A stretch of DNA of 64,000 bases from Bdellovibrionota bacterium. Its GTDB lineage: Bacteria; Bdellovibrionota_C; UBA2361; JBGSMV01. A program made the position numbers and the translations under genes. The stretch lies in assembly GCA_041739995.1 (NCBI GenBank), contig JBGSMV010000040.1:1-64000 (forward strand). The letters run 5' to 3'. The notes under the pieces were generated by a model. That model made no database searches, was not told where the DNA came from, and saw nothing but the letters and a program-made list of their open reading frames with translations. Positions 60,144 to 64,000 of this stretch are shown here, piece after piece. Each line of letters starts with the position of its first letter. The stretch's first letter is position 1.

Positions 60144-61387
60144 CGCTTACTCCTCCTACATCGGTGCAGCAGTTACTTTCGTCGCAGAGCGTTCGCCAAC
60201 GCTGCCGGGAGATTTATAACTTCGTGCGAGACGGTGGCAGTTCCCACTTCTCGCTTGACCTTGAGCGACTGCCAGAAATCGCAGCTACAGTTGCCGATAT
60301 TACCCGCAAGAATTATCCGACGCTTGAGATTCCCTATCACAGCCGTTGGGGGCACTTGTCGCCCAGTCCAGCGGCAAAAGGCTCGGGCGCGACTGATTTT
60401 CTTGCCGCACTTTCAAAAGCATTAAAGCTGTTTGAGGTGAAAGAACGCCTGCGTCGGCAAATTGACTTCGTTACGGTGAGCGTACTACTTGATGCGGGGG
60501 CAGGCCCGGACTGGCGCTTTCGCGACCCTGCTTCTTCCGATACCCAAGCCGTTGGTCGAAGTGAAGGGCTCGCCCTAGCCTCTTGTGCTGCTTTTCTGTC
60601 GGGCGCCTTCAGTTCCGACGCAAACGACCCACTGAGAATTGATGGCACCAAATTGAGACAGCTCTCGCTCGGAGATTTAGAGCAAGTATTTCAGGTAAGC
60701 GCCTCCAACCCACTCGCTGGACTGCCCGGACGCGTGCAGCTTATGAATCGGCTGGGTGAAATTTTGTGCGAGACCTTTCCGAAGGATTCTCGCCCCTCTG
60801 CATTGTTTCAGCATCAGATAGAGGGTTCTTCCAAGCAGGTCCGTGCCAGCGATTTACTTGAGCAAATGCTGATCGGCTACTCTACCCTTTGGCCAAGTAG
60901 ACTTTCGCTTGAAGGCTGGAGCTTAGGGGACACTTGGAGGCATTCCGCCATAACACGTACCGATTCGACTTCAGGCCTAGTCCCGTTCCATAAGCTTTCG
61001 CAGTGGCTCACCTACTCACTGCTAGAGCCTTTTGAGTGGGCTTCTTACAAGATTACTGGTCTAGATGAATTGACCGGCCTCGCAGAGTATCGAAATGGCG
61101 GACTCTTCTTGGACGGCAATGCTCTCGTTGCAAAAGATGCGGCCGCCATGGCACAGAGCTGGAAACCGTCAGACGAGTTTGTTGTTGAATGGCGAGCACT
61201 CACCGTTAGCTTACTCGACGACCTTCGACCTCTAGTGGCAAAGCAGATTGGACTTTCGGACTCGAATTTTCCACTCGCGAAGCTGCTGCAAGGCGGCACA
61301 TGGAGCGCAGGGCGTGCGCTCGCTCTCATCCGCAGCGCTGACGGCAGCCCGCCGCTTCGCATTGAGAGCGACGGGACGGTCTTTTAG
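60140..61387 (+). CDS. URC4/urg3 (DUF1688) protein
   Basis: IPYHSRW.H, SVLLDAGAG..W, RSEGLA, FHKLSQWLTYSL.EP, GLAEYRNGGL, SDGTVF. Confidence 0.94.
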   Translation: MTLTPPTSVQQLLSSQSVRQRCREIYNFVRDGGSSHFSLDLERLPEIAATVADITRKNYPTLEIPYHSRWGHLSPSPAAKGSGATDFLAALSKALKLFEVKERLRRQIDFVTVSVLLDAGAGPDWRFRDPASSDTQAVGRSEGLALASCAAFLSGAFSSDANDPLRIDGTKLRQLSLGDLEQVFQVSASNPLAGLPGRVQLMNRLGEILCETFPKDSRPSALFQHQIEGSSKQVRASDLLEQMLIGYSTLWPSRLSLEGWSLGDTWRHSAITRTDSTSGLVPFHKLSQWLTYSLLEPFEWASYKITGLDELTGLAEYRNGGLFLDGNALVAKDAAAMAQSWKPSDEFVVEWRALTVSLLDDLRPLVAKQIGLSDSNFPLAKLLQGGTWSAGRALALIRSADGSPPLRIESDGTVF

Positions 61388-61531
61388 GGAGCCTCTGAAA
61401 AAAAACCATATTTTTACCTCCGTGTTCTTTGTGGTCCTCGTGGTTTAGTTTAAGCCTGCGTCAATTTCTAGAGTTTTTTTGCGCCACTAAGCGCACGAAG
61501 ACCACAAAGAATTAGTTTTTCAAAGGTTCTT
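61385..61531. mobile_element. MITE-like dispersed repeat, copy 2
   Basis: Begins at the URC4 TAG stop; ends GGAGCCTCTGAAAAA...TTTTTCAAAGGTTCT; homologous to 24645-24787. Confidence 0.7.
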
Positions 61532-61669
61532 TCGTTTATCCATAATATAGGGGTTTGTTGGCAGTACGGCTTGAGCTATCAGTCAAACTACGAGTTGCGA
61601 TCTCGCCCACTTGCAGCTTTGATCGTAGGCAACAGCCACTAATACGATTAGTGAGTCCTTAGGAAATAT

Positions 61670-62302
61670 ATGCAAAAATCAGTGCACGTCTTCGAACATC
61701 CACTTATTCGCCACAAGCTCACTAAACTGAGAAGCGTCGATACCCCTCCTAGTGATTTTCGAAGACTGGTCAAAGAAATCAGCCTGCTGCTTGTGTACGA
61801 AACTACTAGAGATCTTCCGGTTCAAGACATCGAAGTACAGACTCCGCTTGAGAAAACGCGCGGATATCACTTCGAAGGTGAGAAGCTTATCTTTGTCCCG
61901 ATTCTGAGAGCCGGGCTCGGCATTCTGGAAGGCATGTCAGAAGTTATTCCTTCAGCGCGCATTGGCCATATCGGAATTTACAGAGAGCCTAAGACACTAG
62001 AGAGTGTCGAGTACTACGCCAAGATGCCAGACAATGTTCCCGCGTCTCAGGTCTTTATACTCGACCCAATGCTGGCTACAGGAAATTCTGCAGTTGCGGC
62101 AATTCAGCGCATTAAGGAATTCAACCCTATCTCTGTGAAATTTGTTTGCATTCTCGCTTCACCCGAAGGCATCAAGGCACTGCACGACGAACATCCTGAT
62201 GTGGCGATTTATACCGCCGCAATTGATCGCGGACTTAATGAGAAGGGCTACATTCTCCCGGGACTTGGAGACGCCGGAGACCGGCTGTTTGGCACTAAGT
62301 AA
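61670..62302 (+). CDS. upp: Uracil phosphoribosyltransferase (URC6 equivalent)
   Basis: HPL..HKL..LR, VPILRAGLG, DPMLATGNSA, YILPGLGDAGDRLFGTK. Confidence 0.97.
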   Translation: MQKSVHVFEHPLIRHKLTKLRSVDTPPSDFRRLVKEISLLLVYETTRDLPVQDIEVQTPLEKTRGYHFEGEKLIFVPILRAGLGILEGMSEVIPSARIGHIGIYREPKTLESVEYYAKMPDNVPASQVFILDPMLATGNSAVAAIQRIKEFNPISVKFVCILASPEGIKALHDEHPDVAIYTAAIDRGLNEKGYILPGLGDAGDRLFGTK

Positions 62303-62329
62303 TTAACGATCACCGCTAAACAAATCGGA

Positions 62330-63622
62330 CTAATCGAGCCAATCCTTCAAATTGGCCCGGAAGGTCATGGTGTGAGTTCTCGGGTCAATCGAAGCCTTAA
62401 GGTGAAGGAGCTGCTTAAGGAGCAGCGCCCCCCTGCCCGTTGGCAGCTCAATGCGGTCATCATCGGTAGCCTGCTCAGCGCAATCCCACCACGCTATGAA
62501 AGCCTGCTGCTCTTGAGCCTGGGGATCTCCAATAACGGATCCTTGAGTTGCTGACGCTACACCATCACTTAGCGGTGAATTGAAGCGAAAGGGCTCAGGC
62601 TGAAACGCACGAATGATTACCTCATCTCCGCTCAGCTCAAATTCAAGCGCAATCTGTCCCGATCGCTCTCCACTCAAAATCTCTAAAAGCCTGCCCTTCA
62701 CCTGCGCGTCGGAATCTCGCAACTCAGTGAGTCGCCGGCCAAAAATGTTATGCCCAAAAATATTTAGATAAAGCTCCTCAAAGGCCATGTGCAGCTTGAA
62801 ATTCAAACGTCCCTTCACCGTATCAGACATTTCTCCCTGCCGTTGCTCTATCTCAACTGCAAGGATGTGGCTGATGAAATAGTCAGCGGCTTGCGGGCTC
62901 ATCACCTTGGCAATAAATCTGCTCTTAATAAGCAGCGCCTCCACAGATTCCTCTGGGAGCGGTGCCATCGAAAACCCGACACGCACCCCAGTGTCACTAT
63001 AATCGATGGTGATACCATCTTTGGGTCCGTATTCAGTCGGTTGCAAAAGGATAACATTCTGGCCCGAAGCTCTAACGATGCTATCTGACTTAGCTCCGAC
63101 CGGCGCCGGTTCAGCGTTTTGAGCAAAGAGGTCTATCAGATCCTGCTCTGTCCTGAGACGAAAATCGACCAGGTCTTCCGGGGAGAGCTCCCTCAGATCG
63201 TAGCGCTCATAGGGCACATGAAAAACTCCGTCTAAAACCTCAAGCGGAAAAGTACGTTTGCGTTGCTCAACTTTCAATATTCCGTCAGCAACCACCAACA
63301 CTTTATCGAAGCCCCGTCTGGAAGAGTCGGACTTCTGGGAAAGATCACAGACCGTTTGATATTCAGAACCACGCGCCCGCTCTCGAACAGTCTGCAGGCA
63401 ATCTATGAGGGTAGTGCTCTCTGCCCCGATGCGGTGGGAAACTGCACCGCCTGCACCATTGACACGCTTCATTATAGTAGGATCAGTGGCCGCCTGAATC
63501 GTAGCGAGCAATTGCTCGGCCAGCTCCGCATCGGAAAGCGTAGGCCGCTCCGAAGGCGAGACTCCATCGGGGGTCGACGGGGACACCGGCTTCGACCTTT
63601 CATCACGACTCAGCGCGCTCAT
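62330..63622 (-). CDS. Hypothetical protein with a C-terminal RsbW-like (HATPase_c_2) domain
   Basis: N-box-like AFEELYLNIFGH and G2-like GRGALLLKQL; N-terminal ~250 aa unrecognised. Confidence 0.6.
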   Translation of the reverse strand: MSALSRDERSKPVSPSTPDGVSPSERPTLSDAELAEQLLATIQAATDPTIMKRVNGAGGAVSHRIGAESTTLIDCLQTVRERARGSEYQTVCDLSQKSDSSRRGFDKVLVVADGILKVEQRKRTFPLEVLDGVFHVPYERYDLRELSPEDLVDFRLRTEQDLIDLFAQNAEPAPVGAKSDSIVRASGQNVILLQPTEYGPKDGITIDYSDTGVRVGFSMAPLPEESVEALLIKSRFIAKVMSPQAADYFISHILAVEIEQRQGEMSDTVKGRLNFKLHMAFEELYLNIFGHNIFGRRLTELRDSDAQVKGRLLEILSGERSGQIALEFELSGDEVIIRAFQPEPFRFNSPLSDGVASATQGSVIGDPQAQEQQAFIAWWDCAEQATDDDRIELPTGRGALLLKQLLHLKASIDPRTHTMTFRANLKDWLD

Positions 63623-63807
63623 GCTCGACTGCTCTCACGGTTAAGATCTACGGTGGGCATAGAGCCCACAAACTGCCTCACTGCGCCATTTTGCTCCCGG
63701 ACCTAAATCTAAGCAAAAGCATTCTAATCCACTGAAATTCGGCCTCAAATTCAATGCCTCGGCCGGGATGAGGCTTCCGATTGGAAGAACGGGCAGGAAA
63801 GGAACGC

Positions 63808-63999
63808 CTAAGAAGGAAGACCGAATTCATTCGGAAGATCCGCAAGGGCAACCATTCCACCGACGACTCTCGGCATGTCAGCAAAATCTTCCGCAAAGAA
63901 ACCAGAAGTGCCGAGACCACAAGGAGAAATAGGCTGCGGCAAACAAGCCGCCGCGTGGAATCCGGTAGTGGTCCCAATCGCGCTCTCAAGACTGCCGGT
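63808..63999 (-). CDS. 3' end of an o-succinylbenzoate synthase / enolase-superfamily protein (partial; not in the ORF track)
   Basis: Translates to TGSLESAIGTTTGFHAAACLPQPISPCGLGTSGFFAEDFADMPRVVGGMVALADLPNEFGLPS*, matching the MenC-type LES.IG....H.A...CGL.T...F..D pattern. Confidence 0.7.
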   Translation of the reverse strand, partial: TGSLESAIGTTTGFHAAACLPQPISPCGLGTSGFFAEDFADMPRVVGGMVALADLPNEFGLPS

Positions 64000-64000
64000 C

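Noticed and set aside
63678..63989. 103-aa ORF in the ORF track
   Set aside because: Another frame on the same strand gives a recognisable MenC-like C-terminus ending at 63808.

Overview
A mostly core-genome, roughly 53-55% GC (estimated by eye) bacterial segment. Gene content (DUF1844, carD-ispD, the conserved gene after coaX, an MCE protein with GxGxL repeats) suggests a Deltaproteobacteria/Bdellovibrionota-like organism (inference). It carries tRNA-Val(GAC)-rpmI-rplT-rimI-pyrD, carD-ispD, ftsE-ftsX-envC-ctpA, mlaEFD, a truncated dcw cluster (murC-murB-ftsQ-ftsA-ftsZ-surE), xth, tatBC, lpxD, two alternative sigma factors, nadC-birA-coaX, dnaE, two ABC exporters, pepF, and an mmsA-URC1-URC4-upp cluster for pyrimidine catabolism. 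A partial transposase-like gene is at the left edge and a partial menC-like gene at the right edge. Best leads: (1) a ~570-nt intergenic stretch (20686-21256) with nested long-range helices and GNRA/UUCG loops that I cannot assign to a known RNA class, lying upstream of an orphan gene; (2) a URC uracil-degradation cluster next to a CoA-acylating semialdehyde dehydrogenase; (3) a ~145-bp MITE-like repeat in two diverged copies, plus palindromes anchored at stop codons; (4) a second structured RNA candidate after tatC; (5) thrS-infC missing between tRNA-Val and rpmI; (6) frequent short tandem duplications at gene boundaries. All calls come from reading motifs; no database searches or folding programs were run.
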